This document shows, in pieces, positions 1 to 10,287 of a stretch of DNA of 64,000 nt. The notes under the pieces were generated by a model, which saw nothing but the letters and a program-made list of their open reading frames with translations, did not search any database and was not told the DNA's origin. Within the stretch, counting starts at the first letter, position 1. Each line of letters begins with the position of its first letter. The position numbers and the translations under genes are program-made. This DNA is from an uncultured Nitrososphaerota archaeon (GTDB lineage Archaea > Thermoproteota > Nitrososphaeria > Nitrososphaerales > CADDZS01). The stretch is from contig CAWCYI010000004.1 of assembly GCA_963799845.1 (NCBI GenBank), forward strand, positions 1 to 64,000, read 5' to 3'.

Positions 1-88
1 GAACCCACGACCCCCGCCGTTTTCTTGATGCATCAGCAAAGATTGCAGCAGTCAGAGCGGTGTCCTAACCAAGCTAGACGACGAGCCC
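1..88 (-). tRNA. tRNA-Val(GAC) with ~30-nt anticodon-loop intron; 3' end truncated by window edge
   Basis: Reverse complement GGGCTCG-TC-GTCT...GGAC-A-CCGCT-CT-GAC-[intron]-AC-GGCGG-GGGTC-GTGGG-TTC; body closely resembles the tRNA-Val(CAC) at 60 kb. Confidence 0.85.
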
Positions 89-170
89 ACTTTAGAATTG
101 AAAATCATTTTCAAACTTTGTTTAAATGCTTTCTCGGATTAATGAAACTCTTCGAAAATCATCGTTAAGG

Positions 171-260
171 TGGACTGGAGGGGATTTGAACCCCTGACCT
201 CTCGCGGTCTCGGTACACAATCCTGCGAGGCGAGCGTTACTACCACTGAACTACCAGCCC
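171..260 (-). tRNA. tRNA-Ala(CGC) with short canonical (37/38) intron
   Basis: GGGCTGG acceptor pairs with CCAGTCC-A; CTCGC-CT-CGC-A-[~17 nt]-C-GCGAG anticodon arm; AGGGG-TTCAAAT-CCCCT T arm. Confidence 0.9.
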
Positions 261-671
261 TGCGACTTGAACATCGCGACCTTTCTTCTTTCCAGATAAA
301 TGATTATTCTTTGCTATTTTCCTAGCGAATGGTTAACCCAAGTGTATCTAGCGAAAACATCGGGGTCATGCTCGGAGAAATATCCTATAATCTCTCATAA
401 GATTGGACATCCGAAAAGATGACCGCTATTGTTGGAACGTGGAATTTACTCCTCCACTTCAAAGAATCGAAAGTCACGATGTCGAAATTGAGTCGCTTCA
501 CTGCAATCCGAGTAAAATTGCATAGTCCTAATTAGGTCGCAAGAAATCGCCTTGACAAATCGCCAAAGACTAGATGAACTCCTTCTCCAACTCAGGAAAT
601 ATTGAGGTTGCAGCTACGATGTTGATGGATCTAACAGTTTTTGCGTCTTCCGGAAATTGTCTTTATGTAGA

Positions 672-820
672 AGTTCCCATTGATTCATAAAGAAAAAAAT
701 TTTCTGCGTTTCTACACACGTGAGCACTTTTTGGTCGAAGAGCTACGTTCAAGGCACTGTTCAATTCGAACAGCTCAGAACGAGCTCTGTTAGCTCAGAA
801 GAGCTTGGAAAAGCTTGTTT
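672..820 (-). repeat. Dispersed AGCT-rich non-coding element, copy 1
   Basis: Reverse complement shares TGAATCAATGGGAACT (16/16) and AGCTCTTCTGAGCT[A/T]ACAGAGCT (22/23), in the same order, with 52749-52862. Confidence 0.8.
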
Positions 821-890
821 CCAGTAAAAATAATTTGGAAATGCCTCCATTTACAGCAGGATTGGGCACAATAAATCGGCTTCGACCAAA

Positions 891-1170
891 TTATTTTGTC
901 AATAGTACACTCGCAACCGTCAGAATCTTTGTTTCCTTGATTACTTTATCAAGTTCGACATATTCATCAGCGGTATGAGATACTTTGTACTGTCCCGAAC
1001 CGAAAAGGGCAGTTGGTATTCCAGCCCTAAATAAGAGGGCTGCATCAGACGTTGCATCCTTACCTGTTATCTTTGCCTGATCTTTTACATCTCTCGGAAC
1101 CCTGAAGAATCAACTTGCGGTATTTCCAGCGTTTGGATGATTTATCTCCGCCCGTTCCGGTTCGAATAGA
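891..1170 (-). pseudogene. C-terminal remnant of an M20 (ArgE/DapE-like) peptidase
   Basis: Manual translation GKDATSDAALLFRAGIPTALFGSGQYKVSHTADEYVELDKV resembles the M20 C-terminal SDA..IPT..FG.G...H..DE motif; upstream in-frame stops, no N-terminal part. Confidence 0.6.
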
Positions 1171-1172
1171 TG

Positions 1173-1934
1173 TTACTTGTGCCTTGCTTCAAAAAGTTCA
1201 TGCGCACTCGTCTCGGCTCTATTACGGAACACATCGCCCAAATTGTTAAGAAAGTACTCAAATGGACCAATCCGATACCGGATAACCTTGGGTGGCAGCA
1301 AGTATCCAGTAACTGGTTTCTGGTGCGTTCTCAGGAATTTAGACACTGCAAACGGCGCCTTGCTAGAATGAAGAACTTCAAAACCGAATGAGTCCATTCT
1401 CCAGCCGGCACTGTTTTCAAGAAATTCCTGGACGCTAGAATCATTCCCTTGCCAGGTTGAGGTTTCAAGACCGGAGTGGTGGGGATTTCGAACAACTGCC
1501 TTCAATCCCTGCGAGTTCGAGATTGCACCCCTGTTCATCTCCGCCACAGCGCCCTTCAGGGTTGATGTAAAAAGCTCGCCAAAGGCTTTGATCTCATCTG
1601 GAGTTGGAAAAATTCCCATCCTTAGTAACTCCCTTATGAATTCAGGCCACTTCAAAGGACCAAGGCTTGCCCCCACTTGAGCAAGTTCGTTCATCCTGCT
1701 ATTCTTGAAGAGATATGATGAAATCAGATCTTCTTTGGTTCGTGCAGATTCACTTGGTATTGGAGTAACTGAAGGCATAACACCAATTGAGGGGTATATG
1801 CCTTTTTCGATGTAGATGGGTGGAGCAGTTTGGTTTAGAGTCCCTCTCTTCCTTTTTTCCACCACGAGCAAATTGTCAGTCAACAAATGTACTTCCAGTG
1901 TGGGACAAAACCCCAGAGGGGTACCAGGTCCCAT
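1173..1934 (-). CDS. Hypothetical protein
   Basis: 253-aa ORF with ATG start, no recognised motif. Confidence 0.5.
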   Translation of the reverse strand: MGPGTPLGFCPTLEVHLLTDNLLVVEKRKRGTLNQTAPPIYIEKGIYPSIGVMPSVTPIPSESARTKEDLISSYLFKNSRMNELAQVGASLGPLKWPEFIRELLRMGIFPTPDEIKAFGELFTSTLKGAVAEMNRGAISNSQGLKAVVRNPHHSGLETSTWQGNDSSVQEFLENSAGWRMDSFGFEVLHSSKAPFAVSKFLRTHQKPVTGYLLPPKVIRYRIGPFEYFLNNLGDVFRNRAETSAHELFEARHK

Positions 1935-2346
1935 TTTAGTCCTAAATCGTTGGACCTTCTGGCTTTTAAATCAATTCGTTCCATACAAGAAATGCGAAAT
2001 TGTTAGGGCACGCGCTAGAAAAGCGCCGGACAATACTCAGGAACGGAAGATACATCTCGTCCCTTCAGCATTATATTTCTAGACTAAGAAAGAGTGTGAC
2101 ACTAGATATTATGGTCTCAGTACAGTACGGTCCAGAAAGGTTGAGCTGGATGAAACCTTGACATCAACTAATGACACTGCTAGACTATGATCGAAGATTA
2201 CCATCTAAAATGAAAACCCGCGCTTTCTCAGCACGGAGTCCAATTCCTCCTTCCGCGCTCGGAGCCGCATCACACGCCGAACCTCCAAGAGACTATGCAT
2301 GTTTGCGTTGCATGTACGTACTGCATCAATCGCGTAGCGACGCTCG

Positions 2347-2805
2347 TCAACTCTTCTGCTCCAAGATTGCATCGTGGATGCGATATCTTGGGGTCCAGCC
2401 ATCCTTTTCCTTCGCGAACCTGTGCAACCCTTTCTCAGTAGCTTTCCACGTGCCTGCAGGTATGCCAGGGCCAACCGGATACATTTCACCTCTAATGACG
2501 AGGTTTTTTCGACTAAACTTGATCACGCTATCAACAACCCTCCTCCTTGACTTTGTAAAAAGCGCCGAGCGATCGTCGTCGCTAAGCTCCCCAAACCATT
2601 GAGCACTCTTCAGTTCTTGAAGTACAGCCCTCGTTGGCAGTCCTACTTCTGGTGCCCTTGACAAGATAGATAATATCGGAATTTCGCAGCTAGCGCAGGC
2701 GGGCGCCCTTGCCCTTATCCGCGTAATTACTTTGACTGGTCCGGTTTGCCCGCGCTTTGAAGACCTTTGATTCTCGTTTCCTTGGATCCACTGAAGTTCC
2801 TTCAT
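2347..2805 (-). CDS. Winged-helix protein resembling the Mrr N-terminal domain
   Basis: IPILSIL...LSDDDRS...FSRKNLVIRG...GTWKATEKG pattern resembles Mrr_N. Confidence 0.6.
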   Translation of the reverse strand: MKELQWIQGNENQRSSKRGQTGPVKVITRIRARAPACASCEIPILSILSRAPEVGLPTRAVLQELKSAQWFGELSDDDRSALFTKSRRRVVDSVIKFSRKNLVIRGEMYPVGPGIPAGTWKATEKGLHRFAKEKDGWTPRYRIHDAILEQKS

Positions 2806-3438
2806 GTTTTTTCAAAGCACGCGTCGGGACTGATGGCTCCATATATCTTGTCGTCTGGAATTGCAGACGACCCAGTCTGCGGTCTGTCTTGTCACTAGGC
2901 TATTATGACTGCAGTACGATCCCTAACTTCAGACACATCTGTAATCTTGGGCGTCCCTCGTTTAGCGACCCGAAATCTTAGACTATACAAAAATATAGCT
3001 AGGTGACACGTTACTAGTGAACTCGAAAACTAGAAATTGTTTCGAACGCTTTAGATTTACGGGGCGCTAACCGTGGATCGAAACCTTGACTATTCACAAA
3101 AGTGATTTGTGTTGAAAATCGCCGAAGTAGTTTAGCCGGTGAATTTCGGATCCAGCAGGAATCCCTTGATTATATTCTTGTCGTAGCAAACAGAATCTGC
3201 GCAAAAAACGAGTGTCGACGAGCCTGACCAGATGTAAGGGGCATCATTGTAGTATTGTAGTTGCGCGGTTGTACAAAGTTGCAAGATATTCGAAACATTT
3301 GCTGTACTTTCCCATGCATCAACGCGGGAAAAATGTCAGACTCGTTTCCGAAGATTAAGTTCTTCCAAGGACCTCGTCTCTGGTAAACACAACGTTAAAA
3401 AAAGGTGCTTTGGAGTTTCGATCTGTAATCTGTCAAAA

Positions 3439-3566
3439 GGGCCGGTCAGCTCAGCATGGACTTTCCTCTAGTTGAGGAGAGGATTGTGTGCACTTAGAGC
3501 GCGTGACTGATATCCAGCATGAAAGCAGAGATCACGAGGTCGCCGGTTCAAATCCGGTCCGGCCCA
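3439..3566 (+). tRNA. tRNA-Ile(GAU) with two introns (D-loop ~3460-3493; anticodon 37/38 at 3513-3530)
   Basis: GGGCCGG/CCGGCCC-A acceptor, GCTC/GAGC D stem, CGTGA-CT-GAT-A-[18 nt]-A-TCACG, GCCGG-TTCAAAT-CCGGT. Confidence 0.9.
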
Positions 3567-3569
3567 CAC
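3555..3569 (+). repeat. attL (tRNA-Ile 3' end)
   Basis: CGGTCCGGCCCACAC, identical to 44929-44943; flanking AAT and TTTTC also match. Confidence 0.9.
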
Positions 3570-3628
3570 CTTTTCTGGTTTAAAACCTGATATAGATTTC
3601 CGGCATTTTCACATTCGACCGTCCAAAA

Positions 3629-4950
3629 TTGGCTTTCGGCCCCCACAACAGCAAGCGAAAGTACGAGTACTTGCTGAAAGACAAAGACGTGCAACGGTGG
3701 TTTGATAACGTAGCCAGAGGTTCGCTAATCACGGCGACCGTGTACCTAAGAAGGCTCGGAAGCTACTGCGAATCTCATAAGACGGATCCAAAGAGACTCT
3801 TGACGCACTCAAATTCAGAACTGAAAAAACTACTTCTCGACTTGGTTTCCGAATTGGAGAAGAAAAAGTATGCGGGATCGTACGTTGGGTCGAATGTCAA
3901 AGCTCTCAAGTCTTGGTTTTCGCATAACGACATTGAGGTCTCGGGACGAATCAGAATCAGCGGCGAAAGCGAAGCACCAACGTTACGTGAGGAAAAGAGT
4001 CCAGATCAGTCAGAATTGCACAGCGTATTCTTGGCTGCTACGCTTCAACAAAGGTCTGCCGACGTCATAATCGCTCACTGCGGTTTCCGGCTGGAAACGT
4101 TGGGCGATTTTGAAGGAGACGATGGTCTGGTCATCTCGGATTTTCCAGAAATGGAGCTGAAAAAAGACAGAGTCATTTTTAGGAAAGTCCCGACAATGGT
4201 CGTTGTTCGCCCCACCCTCTCAAAAGCCGGTCATCAATACTTTTCATTTCTCACCCCCGAAGGTTGTGAGTACGTCAAACAATACCTCGAAAGCCGAATA
4301 AGATCGGGAGAAAGCTAGGCCCCGCGTCCGCTATCATTACACCAAAGTATTCGTTCAGGGAGAACAAGTTCATAACTACTAATAATATCGGCGACTTGAT
4401 GCGGACTTCCATACGAAAGGCGGGGCTCAGGGTGCGGCCGTACGTCCTTCGTTGTTACTTTGATACTCAATCATTGATAGCTGAGAGCAAGGGATTGCTT
4501 GTGGGCGATTACAGGAAATTTTTCATGGGCCACAAAGGAAGTATTGAGGCTAGATACACCGTGAATAAACACCGACTGCCTGAGGAACTCATCGAGGATA
4601 TGAGAGAAAAGTATCAAGCTGCCGCAGAACAATTTTTGCAAACAATCGAGTCAGGCAAGAGACAGACAGATCAGCTTGCCGGTATGCGAGAACAGCTCTT
4701 GTTTTCCGTTGAATATAGCGAGCAACAGGTTCTGGCGATTAAGACAACCCATGATCTTGGAACGATGCCCCAAGATGAGTTCAATAAGATTTTGCACCAC
4801 AAGCAGACAGCTAACGTTCTGAACAACGGCAGCAGATATAGAATCGTTACTAATGCTGATTTGGAAAATACCCTGATGCAGGGTGGATTCCGTTACACTC
4901 AACCGCTAGACAATGGGGTTCGCCACCTGCTCGAAGTGGCGGATTATTGA
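3629..4950 (+). CDS. Tyrosine recombinase/integrase (split by one frameshift near 4313)
   Basis: HCGFRLETLG (catalytic R), PYVLRCYF, FFMGHKG...ARY motifs; adding one A to the run in GAGAAAGCT joins ORFs 3629-4318 and 4396-4950 through KLGPASAIITPK. Confidence 0.9.
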
Positions 4951-5094
4951 AGCCATTAGGTTTTGCCCAAAAAAAAGCCGAAAGGGCGGATGAAATGTTT
5001 CTAGGCTATCTAAAGCATAATCTTGGTGGAAAGTCAATGGCGATCATAGAATTCCGATTTTGATGGGGGACCGCCCAGGAATCCGTAAGACTGC

Positions 5095-5919
5095 CTAGCC
5101 TATAAGAAAATTGGACTCCCAATCCGTGCAATTTTCAAAATGAAGTATATGTCTCTTGGTAACGTCTTGAACAATGTTTTGAATCCACATTGCTAGGGCG
5201 TTTGCTTCCCGTTCCAGTGAATTGACTTCTTCCTCGGGAATATCGTAAGGAGATGGTTCACTTTTTTCTTCTTCTTGCACCCATAGGACAATATCTGTCG
5301 ACGAGATCCCGTTGGCCGATTCAAGACTTGCTACCTTATCTGAAAAATCTGCTAACCGATTCCAATGGTTCGGATCATCGGTTCTGAGGTGCTGCAAGAA
5401 AATATGTTCAGGACTATGTATTTTCATGTTCACAACGTCTGCGAAGAAACACCGTTGGTCGTACAGCATTTCTCGTAATTCCTCATCATAATCATTCACT
5501 CGTCCAGGGCGCTGAAAATTCAATTTCTTAGCGGTTTCGAGGATCATTTGCTCGCTGTGCTGTAATCGAGAGCTGTACTCGCCCCTCGACATGATTTTTC
5601 TTTTTGGCGCAGTCTCGTCCACCTTCCCGGGAGTCCGACTTTTCCATGTCGTTGGAAAAATTGGGAGTTTCTTATGTTCAAGTATTTTATCAGCAACCTG
5701 ATAATTTGGAGTTATGACCATTCTCTGACCCTGCTTTGTAATTGTGATCGCGTCCGCATCTTCAAGTCTGGGTAGAATTTTTGAGATTGTAATTTTGCTG
5801 TAATGTAGAGCAAATTGAAGATCGTTCATGTGCGTCTCTCTTTTTTCTTTGATCGCCCTTAGTACACGTTCGGCACGAAAATCCAGCGGTTCTGAACTAG
5901 GGGACTCGTCTTCGAGCAA
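5095..5919 (-). CDS. Winged-HTH (MarR/ArsR-like) regulator with C-terminal extension
   Basis: N-terminal LQFALHYSKITISKILPRLEDADAITITKQGQRMVI wHTH; divergent from the replication operon. Confidence 0.7.
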   Translation of the reverse strand: MLEDESPSSEPLDFRAERVLRAIKEKRETHMNDLQFALHYSKITISKILPRLEDADAITITKQGQRMVITPNYQVADKILEHKKLPIFPTTWKSRTPGKVDETAPKRKIMSRGEYSSRLQHSEQMILETAKKLNFQRPGRVNDYDEELREMLYDQRCFFADVVNMKIHSPEHIFLQHLRTDDPNHWNRLADFSDKVASLESANGISSTDIVLWVQEEEKSEPSPYDIPEEEVNSLEREANALAMWIQNIVQDVTKRHILHFENCTDWESNFLIG

Positions 5920-5924
5920 GATGG

Positions 5925-5956
5925 TCGTAACCTTCGTAACTGTCGTAACTAGTTAC
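5925..5956. promoter_or_regulatory. Putative operator: TCGTAAC x3 at 9-bp period ending in palindrome GTAACTAGTTAC
   Basis: Directly visible between divergent regulator genes. Confidence 0.55.
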
Positions 5957-6006
5957 ACCGTGGCTGGTAGTTAAATCATAACCTTTTCTTATGCCTGAGC
6001 GCGCAA

Positions 6007-6207
6007 ATGGTTGAATTTTCTGTTAAGGTCAATCCTGACCAGAGGGTTGCATATTTTCCCCGACAGCTTTGTGAAGCACTAGGATTCCGACTCCGGGCCA
6101 ATTCGCAGGGATGTGCCGTCTTGATGTACAGCGAGGACTCTAGTCGCGAGGAACTTTTGGCGAGTCTACAGCTGAATTGCGAAAGCAATCGAACTAGAGC
6201 CACCTAA
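6007..6207 (+). CDS. Small AbrB/SpoVT-like DNA-binding protein
   Basis: VKVNPDQRVAYFPRQLCEALG resembles the AbrB swapped-hairpin motif. Confidence 0.55.
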   Translation: MVEFSVKVNPDQRVAYFPRQLCEALGFRLRANSQGCAVLMYSEDSSREELLASLQLNCESNRTRAT

Positions 6208-6226
6208 AAAGAGGGAGATGTAAGAC

Positions 6227-6469
6227 TTGGGAAAAATTCCCACAGCTCGCCTGGAGAATTTCAGACGCTCGTTGCCAGAGGAGTTTCAGGTGACTCGCGA
6301 GCTCATAGCGTCGCTTCCGAGCGAAGTTGAGGAATCAGAATTCTTTGTAATCGCCGACGTTTTGCAAACTGTTTTACAGGCTGACATTCGCCGGAATCAA
6401 TCGTCATCGCACCTTTCAGCAAAGACTACTGAGGGCTTGAAAGTCTACAAACATCAGGGAGAGGTTTGA
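6227..6469 (+). CDS. Hypothetical protein
   Basis: 80-aa ORF, co-oriented in the replication operon, preceded by GAGGGAG. Confidence 0.5.
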   Translation: MGKIPTARLENFRRSLPEEFQVTRELIASLPSEVEESEFFVIADVLQTVLQADIRRNQSSSHLSAKTTEGLKVYKHQGEV

Positions 6470-6570
6470 AACAAAAAGTAACCGCGAAGGCCGCTTGAGA
6501 GCAAAAGGTTAGCCACCATCTCTCAAACGACCTGACCCACGACCCATATCGCAAAGAGAAGTGAGACAAT

Positions 6571-6921
6571 TTGATTGATCGTAAACCCGCTTATAACATT
6601 TCAGGAATTCTGGATGATTTTTTCCTCACCCCCGAAGAACGCCACGAGCTTCGGCTTCGACGCGAGGAAGAGAAAGTAGTCTCGGTTCTTCGCGAGAGCG
6701 GTGGCAAGATTAGATTCGCTGGGTTATACAGTGATGGCGATTGTAACGAGATTTTCGGCTTCTCTTGGAAGCAGACAAAAGAAATTGTTCGTCGGCTAGC
6801 TCGCAAGAAGATCGCCCGCTACACCTCTATCATGGGAAATTCAGAGCTTGACTCTTTCAGAACAATTTTCTTTCCGCCAGCATTTCGGGCTGCTCTAAGC
6901 AGACCCGAGATTTCGGAATAA
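6571..6921 (+). CDS. Putative winged-helix protein
   Basis: FGFSWKQTKEIVRRLARKKIARY wHTH-like segment. Confidence 0.5.
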   Translation: MIDRKPAYNISGILDDFFLTPEERHELRLRREEEKVVSVLRESGGKIRFAGLYSDGDCNEIFGFSWKQTKEIVRRLARKKIARYTSIMGNSELDSFRTIFFPPAFRAALSRPEISE

Positions 6922-6935
6922 AAGGGCGTGTAGAA

Positions 6936-7874
6936 GTGCTGGAAAAAACGGACGAAATTTCAGTTCAGCGAAAGTTTCAGAACGAAAAAAAGAAACTTCC
7001 GCCGCCTAAAAGATTACGAGGAAGAAGAAAACTTGTACTTGTCCTGATCTCGAAAGGGGTCTGCACGAACTTTGATCTGTATGCTTCACTGGCAAACGAC
7101 AGTCGATCCACAGTACGAACTTCAATACATGCCCTCAAGAAAGAATATGGGTTGATCGTCGATGACGGAAGCGGTGGTTTTGCACTTTCAGAGTTGGGTG
7201 GTCAGTACGCAGAGATTCTCGAAGGGGCTTCTAGGGGAAGTACCACCCTTCTCCCCCCTGACAAATCTGTCGACTCGGTAAGAGAAAGTACTGTGAAGGT
7301 TCACGCTCAGGCCAATGTCCAAAATGACAACAAAGGTACGCCAGTTGTTCGGAACTGTTCTCTTTCGTTCTTTTCCGTTTCAAAGTGTTCGGATAATCGA
7401 CTACCAGGCCAGGAAACAAAGCTTCTGGACCCCGAGCCGGGAGCTGACTCTGCTTCAAAGATCGTGAGCGAAGCCATCTCTCAAAATGTTTCGCAATCAG
7501 GGGGGAGAGGGAGTAGCTTCCAGACAAAAATTGGATCTCACAAATGGGATCGTCGACGAGTATGCACAGAGGTAGAGAAAGGACTTGCTCTTACTCAATA
7601 CAAATCTTGGCGAGAGTCGGGTCCACCCGACGGGCAAATCACAATATTCAGCAAGCTGCTAGCGGTCGTCCTCGGCGAGAAAAGCTACTACGTGGTTTTC
7701 CACAAGAACCGCGAGGCAGCGGCGAGATATTTCGATCTACCCCTCGAAGAATTCGACTTTGCGATTCTCAAATTAAAGCAGGACGGTATTGCGTACTACC
7801 GAGAGGATCGTCATGAGAGAAAGACGGCATTCTTTGTTCCTTTCATCAATGGTTTGTTAGGGCGGTTTGATTGA
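6936..7874 (+). CDS. HTH-containing protein upstream of MCM (possible initiator/loader)
   Basis: wHTH-like N-terminus (SRSTVRTSIHALKKEYGLIV..GGFALSELG) and C-terminus; overlaps the MCM start. Confidence 0.55.
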   Translation: MLEKTDEISVQRKFQNEKKKLPPPKRLRGRRKLVLVLISKGVCTNFDLYASLANDSRSTVRTSIHALKKEYGLIVDDGSGGFALSELGGQYAEILEGASRGSTTLLPPDKSVDSVRESTVKVHAQANVQNDNKGTPVVRNCSLSFFSVSKCSDNRLPGQETKLLDPEPGADSASKIVSEAISQNVSQSGGRGSSFQTKIGSHKWDRRRVCTEVEKGLALTQYKSWRESGPPDGQITIFSKLLAVVLGEKSYYVVFHKNREAAARYFDLPLEEFDFAILKLKQDGIAYYREDRHERKTAFFVPFINGLLGRFD

Positions 7875-9952
7875 GAACTTGACCGGTGCAGCAGAGATAA
7901 TGGAATGGAGTGAGTCGAAAATGAAGGAAATCTTCGTCGATTTTCTGAAATCTTTTGGAGAGCTAAAGTATCGCAAAAGGATTTCGGGCTTGACCGGAAC
8001 AGGAGGGCGCAGCATCATCGTTGAGTACCAGGACTTGGAAGAATTCAATTCCGATCTCGCTGCGGATTTGCGGCTTGATCCCGCAACGATTCTGCAATGT
8101 TTCGACGAAGCGTTGGTTGAAACGTTACAGATAGAAGATCCGAGTTACGCTGAAAAAAGGAAAAGGGAACTTCGCATCCGAATACGCGGGCTAGAGCCAA
8201 GGCCCCTGAGTAGCCTCGATCCGGAGTACCTGTTTCAGCTACTCGCCGTGTGTGGAATTGTCATGCAAGCATCGTATCAGGTGAGTCCTCTCATCACTGA
8301 AGCAGCATTTACTTGCGCAAATGGCCATGTCTCTCGCGTGCCTCAAAATTATGTAGAATCGACCAAGATCATGAGGCCGTTAAAGTGTGACACCGAAGGA
8401 TGCGGCGAGACGAGAAATTTCAAGCTAAACATGCGAAAGAGCTTTTTCACGAATTTTCAAAAACTTGGAGTACAAGAGATGCCGGAGCTAACGCCGCCGG
8501 GGCAAATAGCTTCCGTCCACGAAATCATTGCCACGGGAGATCTAGTGAACACGGTTAGACCGGGTGATCGGATTTGTGTGGTCGGCGTACTAGAGGCCAT
8601 GCGTTCGGATAATGGTCCGAGCGAATCACAATCTCTGATTCCAAAATCTACTTTGTTTGCGAACTCTCTAGAAGTCGTTGGAAAAAGACCCGAAGATGTG
8701 GAAATCTCCGCAGAAGAAGAAAAAGAGATTCGAGAATTTGCCAATCAACCCGACTTGATGGGCCGTTTGATAAGGTCCGTCTGCCCAGAAATTCGTGGCC
8801 ACGATTTACCAAAAGAAGCTGTTCTCTATCTGCTGGCTGGATCGGAATCTGTTATTCTACCCGATGGATCAACGCTTCGCGGGAACATCAGCGTCTTATT
8901 ACTCGGCGATCCTGGAGTCTCTAAGAGCCTGCTCGGAAAAGCTGTCTGGCGTCTATCCCCGCGCTCAGTGTACGTAAATGCCGCCAATACGACAAGGCCG
9001 GGGATCGCGTCTGCCGTTGTCCGAGGCGATGCGAGCGGTGTGTTCGTAGTCAAAGCGGGCGCGGTCATACTGGCGGACTTGGGAATCTTGGTCGTGGATG
9101 AAGCAAAATGGCTTCCACCGGAAGCGAAAAACGCATTGAACGAACCGATGGAACAGCAGACCGAAAGTCTGGCTATGGCCGGTTACAACTTGAATCTGAA
9201 CGCTAGGATCGGTGTTCTGTCTATCACGAATCCAACGGACGACCAGTACCGACTTGTACAAGAATTTGCGAGACAATCTGGCAGAGTTCCCAACCCCGCA
9301 CCTAACTCGATATGATGTGATAATTGTGATGCGTGATTTACAGGACAAGAACGAGGATAGGAGTCTAGCAAAACACATTCTCAAAATGAGGACAACGGGG
9401 TCCTTTCCAGATGCACCTCCGATGACACCGGATTTCTTGAAGAAACACATCTTGCTCGCGAAAAAAATCAAGCAGCCGTTCATGCCAGAGGCGGTGTGGG
9501 AAATTATCACACAAGAGTACGAAAAACTCCGACGAAAAAACGAGCCGGGCGAGATTCCATTTACGCCCAGGGTCGTGGACACTCTTGATCGTCTGACCAA
9601 GGCTCGCGCAAGAATTCTTCTTCATGAGGAAATCAGTATTGATGATGCGCGGGCAGCCATAGATTTCTACGAAAGGACGCTTCATTCATTTGAAGATCCC
9701 TATACAAAGAAAGTTGATGCAGGAATCGTTTTCGGCAAGCCGGTGAGCGAAAAGGGACTCCGCGAGGCTGCAGTGGACACTTTCAAGCGTCTATCAGGAG
9801 AGTCAAGACAACCCGTGCAAGACAGCGCGTTCTTAAACGAGATTGTGAAAATCGGCAAATTTACGCGCGAGCAAGCAGAAAAGGTATTCCAGGACTTGTG
9901 GAAGTCAGGCGTGATTTACGAGGTAAAAGCGCACTTTTTCAAAAAGATGTGA
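7867..9952 (+). CDS. mcm: Element-encoded MCM replicative helicase (one frameshift near 9250)
   Basis: MCM N-domain Zn motif, VRPGDRI, Walker A GDPGVSKS, Walker B VVDE, EPMEQQT, LTRYD, TPR...RL; ORFs 7867-9315 and 9212-9952 join on removing one C. Confidence 0.92.
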
Positions 9953-10287
9953 AAGAAAGGCGATGACCACAATTTCACAGATCGGCGAACTTTGTCTCTA
10001 CTGTACTCAGCGGATTACGGCAGCCGACTTCGCCGAAAAGTCCTCAGATCAAGAAATGTTCCACTGCTAGAGTACTTCAGCTCGCTCAATCAAGAGTGAT
10101 CGTTTAGAATTGGAAAAACTTTCGCCACAGTCAAGAAACTTGTTGCTGGCTTGTCTTGTACTTCTTTTTATTGATTCAGCAATCGCTTTTTCTCTCTACC
10201 TAGAAGCACAGAGAACGTTTGCACTGATTTTGTGGCTATTGGGCTTTTTCTAGGCGCGTACGTGTTCACCGCGACCATGAGGGAATT

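Noticed and set aside
4310-4400. TAG ending integrase ORF1 as pyrrolysine readthrough or programmed frameshift
   Set aside because: The downstream half is in a different frame, and one missing A in a short A-run repairs it. Similar single-base breaks occur in core genes (aminotransferase, 46.9 kb gene), pointing to sequencing indels, though true pseudogenisation cannot be excluded.
3629-4950. SSV1-type integrase partitioned by integration
   Set aside because: The att lies upstream of the gene, not within it, and no N-terminal fragment is seen at attR.
9212-9315. Split MCM as a natural two-subunit helicase or intein remnant
   Set aside because: A single extra C explains the break and no intein motifs are visible.
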